In this document: piece after piece, positions 1 to 8,775 of the stretch
How positions within the stretch are numbered: the stretch's first letter is position 1
Layout: every line of letters starts with the position of its first letter
DNA from: Haliscomenobacteraceae bacterium
GTDB lineage: Bacteria > Bacteroidota > Bacteroidia > Chitinophagales > Saprospiraceae
Direction of reading: 5' to 3'
Length of the DNA stretch: 64,000 bases
NCBI GenBank assembly: GCA_947501115.1
Contig: CANMVX010000014.1
Span: forward strand, 6,511 to 70,510
The notes under the pieces: generated by a model
What the model saw: the letters and a program-made list of their open reading frames with translations, nothing else
Databases searched by the model: none
Told to the model about the DNA's origin: nothing
Made by a program: the position numbers and the translations under genes

Positions 1-23
1 AAATTCCAATGATAATAAAGAAT

Positions 24-47
24 AAAATCACATTATAATGTGATTTT
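24..47. terminator. Perfect AT-rich palindrome, possible bidirectional terminator
   Basis: AAAATCACAT-TATA-ATGTGATTTT forms a 10-bp perfect stem with a 4-nt loop. It lies about 190 nt downstream of the minus-strand ORF ending at 234. The stem is AT-only, so its strength is uncertain. Confidence 0.3.
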
Positions 48-233
48 GCAAACTCAGATATACCTGATAGGATGAAAATTGAATGGGTATAAGACGTGAA
101 ATCACTACGGCTTTGGCTACTAGTTTTGCAGATCACCTCATTTGATTTCAATACATTGGCCATGTTGATCCAATTCCGTATCGAAAAAGTCTTTGTTTCG
201 TTGGTCTATTATTAGGATTCGTATTATCTGGCA

Positions 234-1928
234 TTATTTTTCCAGCGAATCAAATATCTTTTGCAGGACAATTTTTGTGCATAAATAAGTGGGTTTCACC
301 CCTTCAAGACCTAAACTGCCTGATGCAAGGGTACTTCCCGTTTCCAGCGGATTGTCAGAAGCGTAATAAACATATCGAATGGGAATATCCTGTGGTATAT
401 TATTTCTAATTTTCGATGCAGATTGTATGGCCTTTTGATAATGAGCACCTTCCATTTCCAAACCGATGGCATGCCAGGAGGAATACAGGAAATAGTTTAG
501 AATATCCTTATTTTGCAAAGAAGTTCCGAGGACGGTAACCATAGGACCGTAATAAACGCCCAGATCATTCCCCTCAAAATCGGCTGGAGAAAGGTCATTG
601 TCCACCGGATAATTATCGGCAGTACCTTCAAAAACGTGCGCGGTAGGAATCATAATATCCCCTTTTTCCCCTTTCAAAATCCCCGCTTTCCCAATCACCG
701 AGACAGAGGCAAACGATAAATTTCTATGGGTAACGTCTTCGCCCCAAGGCCTGAAAAGCTCATCGAAAGTTTCATAGGCTTGCTCACCAAAAGCATAATC
801 CATGACCAAAAGGAGAGGTTTTTCTTTATTTATCGCCTTATTGGACCTGATTTTTTGTAAATCTATAATCTGAACCGGAATATTTGTTCCCGAGATATCT
901 TCTATTGGATGCAGGCCATTTTCTACGGCGTAATCATGGACAGCCCTTCTCAAATGACCATTTTCTTCCATGCTCAATATTTTTGCCATTTCCTCCATAG
1001 AGGTTTCTTCTGAAAAGGTACCTGCCAGAGCCTTTTCAGCATATAGGCTATTCATAACGCTATGCATATTGGCGCTAATCAGGTGAATAGGACGATCGAT
1101 TAAATTATTTTTCTGCAAAAAGAGTTTAATATTTTGCGCCCAGGATTCCCCATGTAAGTGATGGCCCAGATGCTCTCTTAATGCTACAGAAAAACTAATT
1201 TCCCTATCTATTTTCAACGCAGATTCATTCATGGAAAGAGCTCCCATCCAATAAACAATTTCAAATAATGAATTCAAATGAGGATCGGATTCAAATTTAT
1301 GACAGGCAGATACAGTCTCTTGATAGGTTCTTCTTAAAATAGTACTAAGATGAGTAAATGCCACAGGCAGGTCAGCATGATTTTCATCTTTTTTCTCCAA
1401 CACCCATTTTTCTAAAAACAACCATTCCTTCGATTTCTCCCCTTTAAAATCTATACTATTTTTTCTAATTTTTTCCGATTCAATATAAAGAAAAGTAAGG
1501 TGTGTCATGATATCATAAATATCACTTCGTCCCCTGGTCATTTCAATAAACATCTGCTCCTCATCTATTCTATAAGCATTTCTTTTACGCTTTGGTGCAA
1601 TCAGAGAGGGAAAACCTGCCTCAGAATACCCTTCTCGACTTACCATGCGAATCAAACGACAAGATTCTATCCCTTTGGGAAGACGTTGAAAAACGTATAA
1701 TAAACCATCTAACTCGATTCTTTCGGGATGAAACAGCGTACCATAAATTTCAGGTCTTAGTACCATGAGCGCTTCAATCATTGCTTCGCCCGACATGCCT
1801 AAAGGTTTATAACTTCCCCTGATAAACAAGTGTCTCATGGCAATATAGAGCCGTTCCACGGCAGCGCGTGATTCCTGGGCTCTTTCTTTTGAATAATGCA
1901 TATCAATGAAGGATTTGGTAGGCCACAA
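234..1928 (-). CDS. Hypothetical protein with a C-terminal nucleoside-phosphorylase (PNP_UDP_1)-like domain, last gene of the feoAB operon
   Basis: 564-aa ORF. The C-terminal ~190 aa carry phosphorylase-family hallmarks (VIGKAGILKGEKGD, GLEMEGAHY). I do not recognise the N-terminal ~370 aa. The longest start overlaps feoB by 26 nt. An alternative ATG at 1901 sits 1 nt from the feoB stop codon (1903-1905). Confidence 0.6.
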   Translation of the reverse strand: MWPTKSFIDMHYSKERAQESRAAVERLYIAMRHLFIRGSYKPLGMSGEAMIEALMVLRPEIYGTLFHPERIELDGLLYVFQRLPKGIESCRLIRMVSREGYSEAGFPSLIAPKRKRNAYRIDEEQMFIEMTRGRSDIYDIMTHLTFLYIESEKIRKNSIDFKGEKSKEWLFLEKWVLEKKDENHADLPVAFTHLSTILRRTYQETVSACHKFESDPHLNSLFEIVYWMGALSMNESALKIDREISFSVALREHLGHHLHGESWAQNIKLFLQKNNLIDRPIHLISANMHSVMNSLYAEKALAGTFSEETSMEEMAKILSMEENGHLRRAVHDYAVENGLHPIEDISGTNIPVQIIDLQKIRSNKAINKEKPLLLVMDYAFGEQAYETFDELFRPWGEDVTHRNLSFASVSVIGKAGILKGEKGDIMIPTAHVFEGTADNYPVDNDLSPADFEGNDLGVYYGPMVTVLGTSLQNKDILNYFLYSSWHAIGLEMEGAHYQKAIQSASKIRNNIPQDIPIRYVYYASDNPLETGSTLASGSLGLEGVKPTYLCTKIVLQKIFDSLEK

Positions 1929-4035
1929 AGCTACTAATATAAGCGATGAAAGTCATACCAAAAAATTGTATTACCGGCCATTTCCACGATTTGGTTTCTC
2001 TTTTGACTACGGCTAATGTACTCATACATTGCATAGCAAAAACATAAAATAGCAATAAAGAAATGCCCGTTGCCAAATCATATCTGGGTTTTCCAGTTTC
2101 CGGATTTTTTTCAACGGCCAGACGCTCTCTCAAGGTCAATTCATCATCGCTTTGTCCGAGGCTATAAATAGTTGCCATAGTACCGACAAAAACTTCCCGT
2201 GCGGCGAAGGAGGTAAGCAGTGCAATACCTATTTTCCAATCGAAGCCAAGAGGACGAATAGCAGGTTCTATCGTTTTTCCCAATATTCCCGCATAGGAAG
2301 CTTCCAGCAAATAAGCCTTTGAAAGGTTTTCTGCCTCAATGGGTGAGAGTTTCATTTCAACAGCCTCCCTTTTAGCTTCCCTGTTGGCAGCTTCAATACC
2401 CGTTTTTGGCCCATTATTTGCTAAAAACCAAAGAATTATAGAAATAATCAGTATGATTTTTCCCGCTTCCAGCGTAAAGGTTTTTACCTTTTCCCAAACG
2501 GTCAGCCCTACATTTCTCCATACAGGCAGCTTATAATCTGGCAATTCTAATAAAAGGAAAGAAGGCTCGTCGCTTTTAATCCACCATTTTAATATCAAAC
2601 TTGACAACAGCGCGGCAAAAATCCCTAATAAATATAAACCCAGGAAAGCTAATCCTTGTAAATTAAAAATATAACCCACTGTTTTAGAAGGTATTACTAA
2701 TCCAATAAGCACCGTATAAACGGGAATTCGCGCGGAACAACTGATAAAAGGGGTCACCAAAATGGTAATCAATCTTTCTTTCCAGGACGAGATGGTTCTG
2801 GTACTCATTATAGCAGGAATAGCGCAGGCACCACCCGAAATAAGAGCGACCATACTCCGACCGTTCATACCAAATAACTGCATTATTCTATCGAAAAGAA
2901 AGGCAGCACGAGACATATAACCAATCTCTTCTAAGATAGAAATCAGAAAAAATAGTAAGGCAATCTGGGGTATAAAAACAAGAACGCCTCCTAATCCGGC
3001 GAGTAATCCTTCCGTCAAAAATTGGGTAAACCAACCGGCTGGTAAATGGGTGGTCAGATAAACACCCAAGGTCGAAAATCCCTCTTCTATGAGGGTCATT
3101 GGCCATTCGGCCCATATATAAAGCGATTGAAAAAGGAAGGTTAAAACACCTAGAAACACAAATAATCCGAAAATTCTGTTGGTTAATAATCCATCCAGCT
3201 TTTCCGAAAAGGTAAATCCGTCGCTTTCTCCTTTCTTTAACACGGAGGACAACAGCGGTGTAAAAAAGTTATACCGTTGAGTCACTTCCCTTACTTGAAA
3301 AGGCAAACTTTTAAACTCATTTTCCCCAAGAATACTCAGTAATTGAATTCGTTCACTGGCTGAAATGAAGGGAAGCCATTGAGCATGATGGGCAATTAAT
3401 AAACGCTTGTATGGTGAATATGCAGGAAAAACAGCATTTAGCTGTTGTGTCATATTTTCTTCTGTTTCTGAAAACTTATACGCTGAATTCTTTGAGCTAT
3501 TCCTGACATTTTTTAATTCTATCCGTTCCTTTACCCTATTCAGCAGGTCAGAAATACCCTCTCCACTTCTGCCACTCACAGAAACCACTGGAACATCTAG
3601 TTTTTTAGACAGGCGTTCCACATCAATATCCACCTTTTCCTTTTGGGCTAAATCAATCATATTCAGCACCAAAATCAAAGGGACATCCATGTCTCTTAAC
3701 TGGTCTAAAAGTAGTAAATGCTTATCCAGTTTCGTAATATCTGCCACATAACAAATTACATCGGGGTGATATACATCTTTTGTGTCCAAAAGACTTTGAA
3801 CCACCAGTTTTTCATCTCTCGAGGTGGGATATAAATTGTAAAGACCGGGAAAATCGACCCAGGAAACCCGCGTTCCGTCCGATAATTTAGTATCTGCAGA
3901 TTTTATATCAACGGTAACTCCGGGAAAATTTCCTACCTTTTGTTGTAACCCTGTAATAAAATTAAATAGCGATGATTTTCCACAATTAGGATTACCTATA
4001 AGTGCAACACGCGTTGGCTTCCGTTCTGATTCCAC
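1903..4035 (-). CDS. feoB: Ferrous iron transporter FeoB
   Basis: N-terminal G-domain (GNPNCGKSSLFN, DFPG, NMID) followed by a long polytopic membrane domain. It lies directly downstream of feoA. Confidence 0.95.
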   Translation of the reverse strand: MESERKPTRVALIGNPNCGKSSLFNFITGLQQKVGNFPGVTVDIKSADTKLSDGTRVSWVDFPGLYNLYPTSRDEKLVVQSLLDTKDVYHPDVICYVADITKLDKHLLLLDQLRDMDVPLILVLNMIDLAQKEKVDIDVERLSKKLDVPVVSVSGRSGEGISDLLNRVKERIELKNVRNSSKNSAYKFSETEENMTQQLNAVFPAYSPYKRLLIAHHAQWLPFISASERIQLLSILGENEFKSLPFQVREVTQRYNFFTPLLSSVLKKGESDGFTFSEKLDGLLTNRIFGLFVFLGVLTFLFQSLYIWAEWPMTLIEEGFSTLGVYLTTHLPAGWFTQFLTEGLLAGLGGVLVFIPQIALLFFLISILEEIGYMSRAAFLFDRIMQLFGMNGRSMVALISGGACAIPAIMSTRTISSWKERLITILVTPFISCSARIPVYTVLIGLVIPSKTVGYIFNLQGLAFLGLYLLGIFAALLSSLILKWWIKSDEPSFLLLELPDYKLPVWRNVGLTVWEKVKTFTLEAGKIILIISIILWFLANNGPKTGIEAANREAKREAVEMKLSPIEAENLSKAYLLEASYAGILGKTIEPAIRPLGFDWKIGIALLTSFAAREVFVGTMATIYSLGQSDDELTLRERLAVEKNPETGKPRYDLATGISLLLFYVFAMQCMSTLAVVKRETKSWKWPVIQFFGMTFIAYISSFVAYQILH

Positions 4036-4053
4036 AATAATGATCTAATAAAT

Positions 4054-4293
4054 TTACATCAACACAATACAACAAGCCTCCTCACTTCGCATGGCAATAT
4101 GTAAACCATCGGATTTTACATACCAACCGCCACCAAATGGCGCCTTACGTAAAATTTCAATGGTACAACCAGGTACCAGTCCCATCGATATTAACCGACA
4201 AGCTACCTGTTCATCTTTGAAATAGGAAACTACTCCTTTAACGCCAACGCGTGCACAGGAAAGGATTTTCTCACTTGTATGAAGCTTTACCAC
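4054..4293 (-). CDS. feoA: FeoA family iron transport protein
   Basis: 79 aa with an SH3-like FeoA pattern (RLISMGLVPGCTIEILRKAPFGG, HIAMRSEEA). GTG start. It ends 18 nt upstream of feoB. Confidence 0.85.
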   Translation of the reverse strand: MVKLHTSEKILSCARVGVKGVVSYFKDEQVACRLISMGLVPGCTIEILRKAPFGGGWYVKSDGLHIAMRSEEACCIVLM

Positions 4294-4326
4294 TTGATTG
4301 CTTATTTTGATTTAATCTAATTAACA

Positions 4327-4334
4327 CAAATCTA
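4327..4334 (-). promoter_or_regulatory. Candidate Bacteroidota -7 promoter box (TAnnTTTG) for feoAB
   Basis: The minus strand reads TAGATTTG 33 nt upstream of the feoA GTG. This matches the published Bacteroidetes -7 consensus TAnnTTTG. The evidence is a motif match only. Confidence 0.2.
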
Positions 4335-4492
4335 ACCCAAAAATAAATGCAATGCTTAAAAATTAAGATGTCAAAAGTCATCAAGTAAAAAAATACCTAA
4401 TATTAGGTATAGTTAAAAAATTATCTCCATGGGAAATCTTTATAAGATTAAATATTTATCTTTAACTAAAACACTTAAAATCATTGTTAAAA

Positions 4493-5614
4493 ATGCAAAA
4501 TCGACGCCATTTCCTTCAAATTATTCCTTTATCGCTGGGTATGATGAGCCTTTGGCCCAAATTAATTGAAAATACTGAGTCAAACACGCCTCGTTCTGCG
4601 CCCGATGGTCCACCATTACGCGTAGCTTTTCTCGGACTAGGTAGTTACGCCAACAGAGTGGCTGAAGCTATTAAAGACAGTGAAAGGGTTAAAATTACAG
4701 GGCTAATCAGTGGAACGCCCGCCAAATTGGAAACCTGGAAAAATAAATATCAGGTGCCCGATAGTAGCTGTTATCATTATGGAAATTTTGATGATATTAA
4801 AAATAATCCTAATATAGATGCAGTCTATATTTGCACGCCCAATGCACTGCATAAGGATCAAACGCTGCGAGTGGCCGCAGCAGGTAAACACGTTATTTGC
4901 GAAAAACCTATGGCCATAAACGTGAAAGAAGCAAAAGAAATGATCAGCGCCTGCGAAAAAGCGGGGGTAAAACTTTTGGTTGGTTACCGTATGCATTTCG
5001 AAGCTAAAACACAGGAAATTGTAAAAATGAGAATGGCAGGGGATTTCGGTAAACTAGTGTTTTTTCAAGGTCTTTGTGGATTTAAAATCGGCGATCCAAA
5101 CCAATGGCGTCTAAATAAAGATTTGGCGGGCGGCGGTGCTATGATGGATATTGGTATTTATGCCATCAATGGGGCACGTTACATGATTGGTGAAGATCCA
5201 ATTTGGATAACTGCTCAGGAAACTAAAACGGATCCTGTGAAATTTAAGGAGGGGGTAGATGAAACCATACAATTTCAAATGGGTTTCCCGAATGGCGCCG
5301 TAGCATCTTGCTTGTCAACCTATAATACCAGCTTTCTGGACCGATTTTTACTCACCGGACACAATGGTTTTGCTGAACTTCAACCCGCAACAGGTTATGG
5401 TCCGATAAAAGGTAAAACAAACAAAGGAGAACTTACTCAACCCCATGTTACCCACCAATTGATGCAAATGGAGGAGATGGCGGAAATTATTTTGCGAAAT
5501 AAAATCCCTTTCCTACCCGTAGATGGTAAAGAAGGGCTTAAGGATATGATTATCATAGAAGCCATTTTTAAGGCCGTCCAAACGGGAAATAAAATAAAAT
5601 TGACATGGGATTAG
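4493..5614 (+). CDS. Gfo/Idh/MocA family oxidoreductase with a twin-arginine (Tat) signal
   Basis: MQNRRHFLQ Tat motif, then a Rossmann motif (VAFLGLGSYA) and the EKP motif (VICEKPMA), as in glucose-fructose oxidoreductase-like enzymes. I chose the ATG at 4493 over the TTG at 4484 in the ORF track. Confidence 0.85.
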   Translation: MQNRRHFLQIIPLSLGMMSLWPKLIENTESNTPRSAPDGPPLRVAFLGLGSYANRVAEAIKDSERVKITGLISGTPAKLETWKNKYQVPDSSCYHYGNFDDIKNNPNIDAVYICTPNALHKDQTLRVAAAGKHVICEKPMAINVKEAKEMISACEKAGVKLLVGYRMHFEAKTQEIVKMRMAGDFGKLVFFQGLCGFKIGDPNQWRLNKDLAGGGAMMDIGIYAINGARYMIGEDPIWITAQETKTDPVKFKEGVDETIQFQMGFPNGAVASCLSTYNTSFLDRFLLTGHNGFAELQPATGYGPIKGKTNKGELTQPHVTHQLMQMEEMAEIILRNKIPFLPVDGKEGLKDMIIIEAIFKAVQTGNKIKLTWD

Positions 5615-7179
5615 ATTTATCTAAATTTAATAGCTTTACTTTTATGTACTTATTTCACCATAAATGTTTCCTAATTTTTTTACTTATTTTTCTGCCTATG
5701 ATCGTTGACGCTCAAAATAATATACCTGATGCCATGGCTAAAAGTCATACCGATGCTTATGTATCAGGTATTAAAACCTTGAGGGAATTTCTTACTTTAC
5801 CCAATTTAGGTTCTAATAAAGAACATATAAAAGAAAATTTAGCCTGGTGTCAAAAAGTATTTACCGAACTCGATTTTAAGATTGAAGTATTGACAACCAA
5901 AGAGGTACCCGTTTTACTGGCTGAAAAAAAATCGCCTGATAAAGAAGCGAAAACGATTCTTTTCTATTTACAAATCGATGGGCAACCTTTTGATCCCACT
6001 GAATGGACCCAGGAAGATCCTTTTGTTCCCGTGCTGAAAATACCCGATGGAGAGCAATGGAAGACTATCCCCTGGGCTCATTTTGTCCCACCCTTTCCAC
6101 CAGATGCGAGAATTTTTGGTCGTTCTACCTCTGATTCCAAAGGAAATGTTGTGGCCTTTATCACCGCCCTTAGAATGATGAAGGCGGCGGGAAAAACGAG
6201 CCAATATAACCTGAAAGTCATCATGGATTTTCAGGAAGAGCTGGGTTCCCCTACGCTTCCTCAGGCAGTTACTGACAATAAAGAAGCCTTTGCTGCCGAT
6301 GGAATGATTATTTTGGATGGCACAAGACATGTTTCCAATCTGCCTACATTAACTTATGGTGCAAGGGGTATTTTATCGGTTACACTAAGGGTATTCGGCC
6401 CAACAAATCCTATGCATAGTGGTCAATATGGAAATTTTGTACCCAATCCGGTATTTGCCCTCTCCAGACTCATTGGTGGCATGAAAGACGAGGAAGGGCG
6501 CGTTTTGATCCCTGGTTTTTATGATGCGGTTCAGCTAGATAGTCAAACAAAGGCAATTCTTTCATCCGTGCCTGATAATACTGAAGAACTTATTACGCGT
6601 ATTGGCATTGCAAAACCTGAAAAAATAGGCGAATCTTTTCAAGAATCTTTGCAATATCCTTCCTTAAATATCAAAGGTATTTCCGCAGCAAAAATTGGTC
6701 GCTTGGCTACAACGATTATTCCTGAAGATGCCATAGCTGAATTTGATATTCGATTAGTTCCTGAAACGCCCGCTGAAAAAATGATTGAGCTTTTCAAAAA
6801 CTATGTTTTACAGGCAGGTTTTCATTTGGTGAAGGATGAGCCTAGTGCGGAAGAAAGAAAAAACTACCCTAAACTGGCCTTCTTGTCTTTCCGCATTGGT
6901 TCGAAAGCTTATCGGACAGACATGAATTCTTTTTTAGGAAAATGGGTAGAACAATCTATGCAAAAAACATTTGGAAATCAATATGTTAAAGTTAGATCTA
7001 CGGGAGGTTCACAACCTATTTCCCCCTTTATTACTACCTTAAATATTCCGGCCCTCGCGGTTAATATTCCCAATCCGGATAATAACATTCATGCGGCTGA
7101 CGAAAATCTTAAAATAAGTAATTTCATTGAAGGCATAAACATTTGTTTCGCCCTGCTAAATGAAGAAATTAAAAACTAA
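5605..7179 (+). CDS. M20/M25/M40 family metallopeptidase (dipeptidase-like), secreted
   Basis: 524-aa ORF with an M20-type motif (GRSTSDSKGNV) and a hydrophobic N-terminal signal. An alternative ATG at 5644 (MYLFHHKCFLIFLLIFLPMIVDAQ) would remove the 10-nt overlap with the upstream gene. Confidence 0.75.
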   Translation: MGLDLSKFNSFTFMYLFHHKCFLIFLLIFLPMIVDAQNNIPDAMAKSHTDAYVSGIKTLREFLTLPNLGSNKEHIKENLAWCQKVFTELDFKIEVLTTKEVPVLLAEKKSPDKEAKTILFYLQIDGQPFDPTEWTQEDPFVPVLKIPDGEQWKTIPWAHFVPPFPPDARIFGRSTSDSKGNVVAFITALRMMKAAGKTSQYNLKVIMDFQEELGSPTLPQAVTDNKEAFAADGMIILDGTRHVSNLPTLTYGARGILSVTLRVFGPTNPMHSGQYGNFVPNPVFALSRLIGGMKDEEGRVLIPGFYDAVQLDSQTKAILSSVPDNTEELITRIGIAKPEKIGESFQESLQYPSLNIKGISAAKIGRLATTIIPEDAIAEFDIRLVPETPAEKMIELFKNYVLQAGFHLVKDEPSAEERKNYPKLAFLSFRIGSKAYRTDMNSFLGKWVEQSMQKTFGNQYVKVRSTGGSQPISPFITTLNIPALAVNIPNPDNNIHAADENLKISNFIEGINICFALLNEEIKN

Positions 7180-7209
7180 TTTTTCTTTCATCTCCTAATC
7201 TATATCCTC

Positions 7210-8763
7210 ATGTTCTTAAAATGGTTCTATCGTATTTCTGCCTTCCTGGTTTTCATTCTATTGCTCATTCTTGTAAGATTTGGCTGGGCGATCAGAGACA
7301 GGCACCCTGATGCTGATATGAATGTAAACATTGAGACGGAGGAAAAAAATTTACAAGCTGGATTCGCCTCCGTTGACATTACGCCACAAGTGCCGGACAC
7401 ATGGATTGACAAAAATGAGGATGCACAATATGACCCCAAAGATGGCGATACTTTTACCGACGGAAATGGAAATGGAAAATTTGATCCAGTGTGGATGGCT
7501 GGTTTTCAGAACAATAGACCTGCCATGGGCGTGCATGATCCTCTTTGGGCCCGAACGATGATTATTGCCAATGGTAAGCATAAAATAGCATTAACCGTTA
7601 TTGATGCCATCGGATTTGGCGCCGATGATATTCTCACGGTTAAAAAAATGGTGCCAACGAAGTTAAATATTGATTATGTGGTCATTATGAGTACGCATAG
7701 CCACGAAACCCCTGATTTGGTTGGACTTTGGGGTAAATCTCCGTTTTCCAGTGGTGTCGATAATACCTATAAAAAACAAGTACAGGAGGGTATATTACAA
7801 TCCATTACCCAAGCTCATCTTCATTTGAGACCCGCCATTTTTCGGGTAGGTCACGATCTAACAGGTGCAGCTAATCTGGTCGAAGATTCCAGGGAACCTA
7901 TAGTGATGGATCCCCGAATAAACATATTACAAGCCATTGATGCAGAAATGGATACAACGCTTGGCGTATTTTTCAACTGGTCTAACCACCCGGAAACACT
8001 TTGGAACAAAAACTTGTATTTAACGTCTGATTTTCCATATTATGTAAGGGAAGCCCTTGAAAAAGGGCTAAAAAAAGGGGATTCTACGCTGATAAAGGGA
8101 TTAGGGGGAACGGCTATTTTTTCTATCGGAGCCATTGGCGGATTAATGACCACCCGCCCTGATTTCCCTATTCCTGGATTTAAAGAAGATACCGTTTATC
8201 TGGAAGCAAGCTTTGATAAAGCTGCAGCGCAAGGGTATCAATTGGCTGCGCTGGGCATACAATGTCTTGAAAAAGGGACTGATAATGTGACCTTTAGTAA
8301 AGCTAAACTGAAAATTAATTCGAAAACCTTAGAACTTCCGCTGAAAAATCCATTGTATCGGTTGGCCGCTTTTATGGGCGTTGTACAGCGTGGAACAAGT
8401 AGCTGGATTAATATCAGGACTGAAATAGCTGCCTGGCAGCTCGGAGACGTACATTTTTTACACTATCCCGGCGAATTATATCCTGAAATATTAAACGGTG
8501 GGGTTGAACAGCCCAAAGGACAAGATTATAATATGGCACCCTTTGAAACGCCCCCATTGAGAAGTTATATTTCGTCAAAATATTCCTTCACAATGGGACT
8601 CTCAAATGACATGATTGGGTACCTTGTTCCAAAGAGTCAATGGGACGAGAAACCACCCTTCACATATACCTTTAAAGATGCACCTTATGGAGAAATTAAC
8701 TCTTTGGGACCTGAAACAGCGCCTATTTTATATCGGGCGATGAAGGAATTGTTAAAGAAATAA
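7210..8763 (+). CDS. Neutral/alkaline ceramidase-like hydrolase (tentative), N-terminal membrane anchor
   Basis: 517-aa ORF with an N-terminal TM helix. It has an HSHETPD metal-binding-like motif and the overall layout of the neutral ceramidase N-terminal domain family. The assignment is by eye only. Confidence 0.45.
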   Translation: MFLKWFYRISAFLVFILLLILVRFGWAIRDRHPDADMNVNIETEEKNLQAGFASVDITPQVPDTWIDKNEDAQYDPKDGDTFTDGNGNGKFDPVWMAGFQNNRPAMGVHDPLWARTMIIANGKHKIALTVIDAIGFGADDILTVKKMVPTKLNIDYVVIMSTHSHETPDLVGLWGKSPFSSGVDNTYKKQVQEGILQSITQAHLHLRPAIFRVGHDLTGAANLVEDSREPIVMDPRINILQAIDAEMDTTLGVFFNWSNHPETLWNKNLYLTSDFPYYVREALEKGLKKGDSTLIKGLGGTAIFSIGAIGGLMTTRPDFPIPGFKEDTVYLEASFDKAAAQGYQLAALGIQCLEKGTDNVTFSKAKLKINSKTLELPLKNPLYRLAAFMGVVQRGTSSWINIRTEIAAWQLGDVHFLHYPGELYPEILNGGVEQPKGQDYNMAPFETPPLRSYISSKYSFTMGLSNDMIGYLVPKSQWDEKPPFTYTFKDAPYGEINSLGPETAPILYRAMKELLKK

Positions 8764-8775
8764 AGGCCAATATCA

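Noticed and set aside
4294-4483. A Fur box in the feoA / Gfo divergent control region.
   Set aside because: I found no convincing match to the 19-bp enterobacterial Fur consensus by eye, and Bacteroidota Fur motifs are not well enough defined for me to call one.
5968-6330. Antisense shadow ORFs of 60-135 aa inside well-supported genes. Examples are 5968-6330, 13014-13352, 16016-16387, 24171-24488, 27328-27675, 31571-31912, 50588-50989 and 58026-58385.
   Set aside because: Each lies wholly within a longer ORF on the opposite strand that has clear family motifs. Their sequences are low-complexity or unrecognisable, as expected for shadow ORFs.
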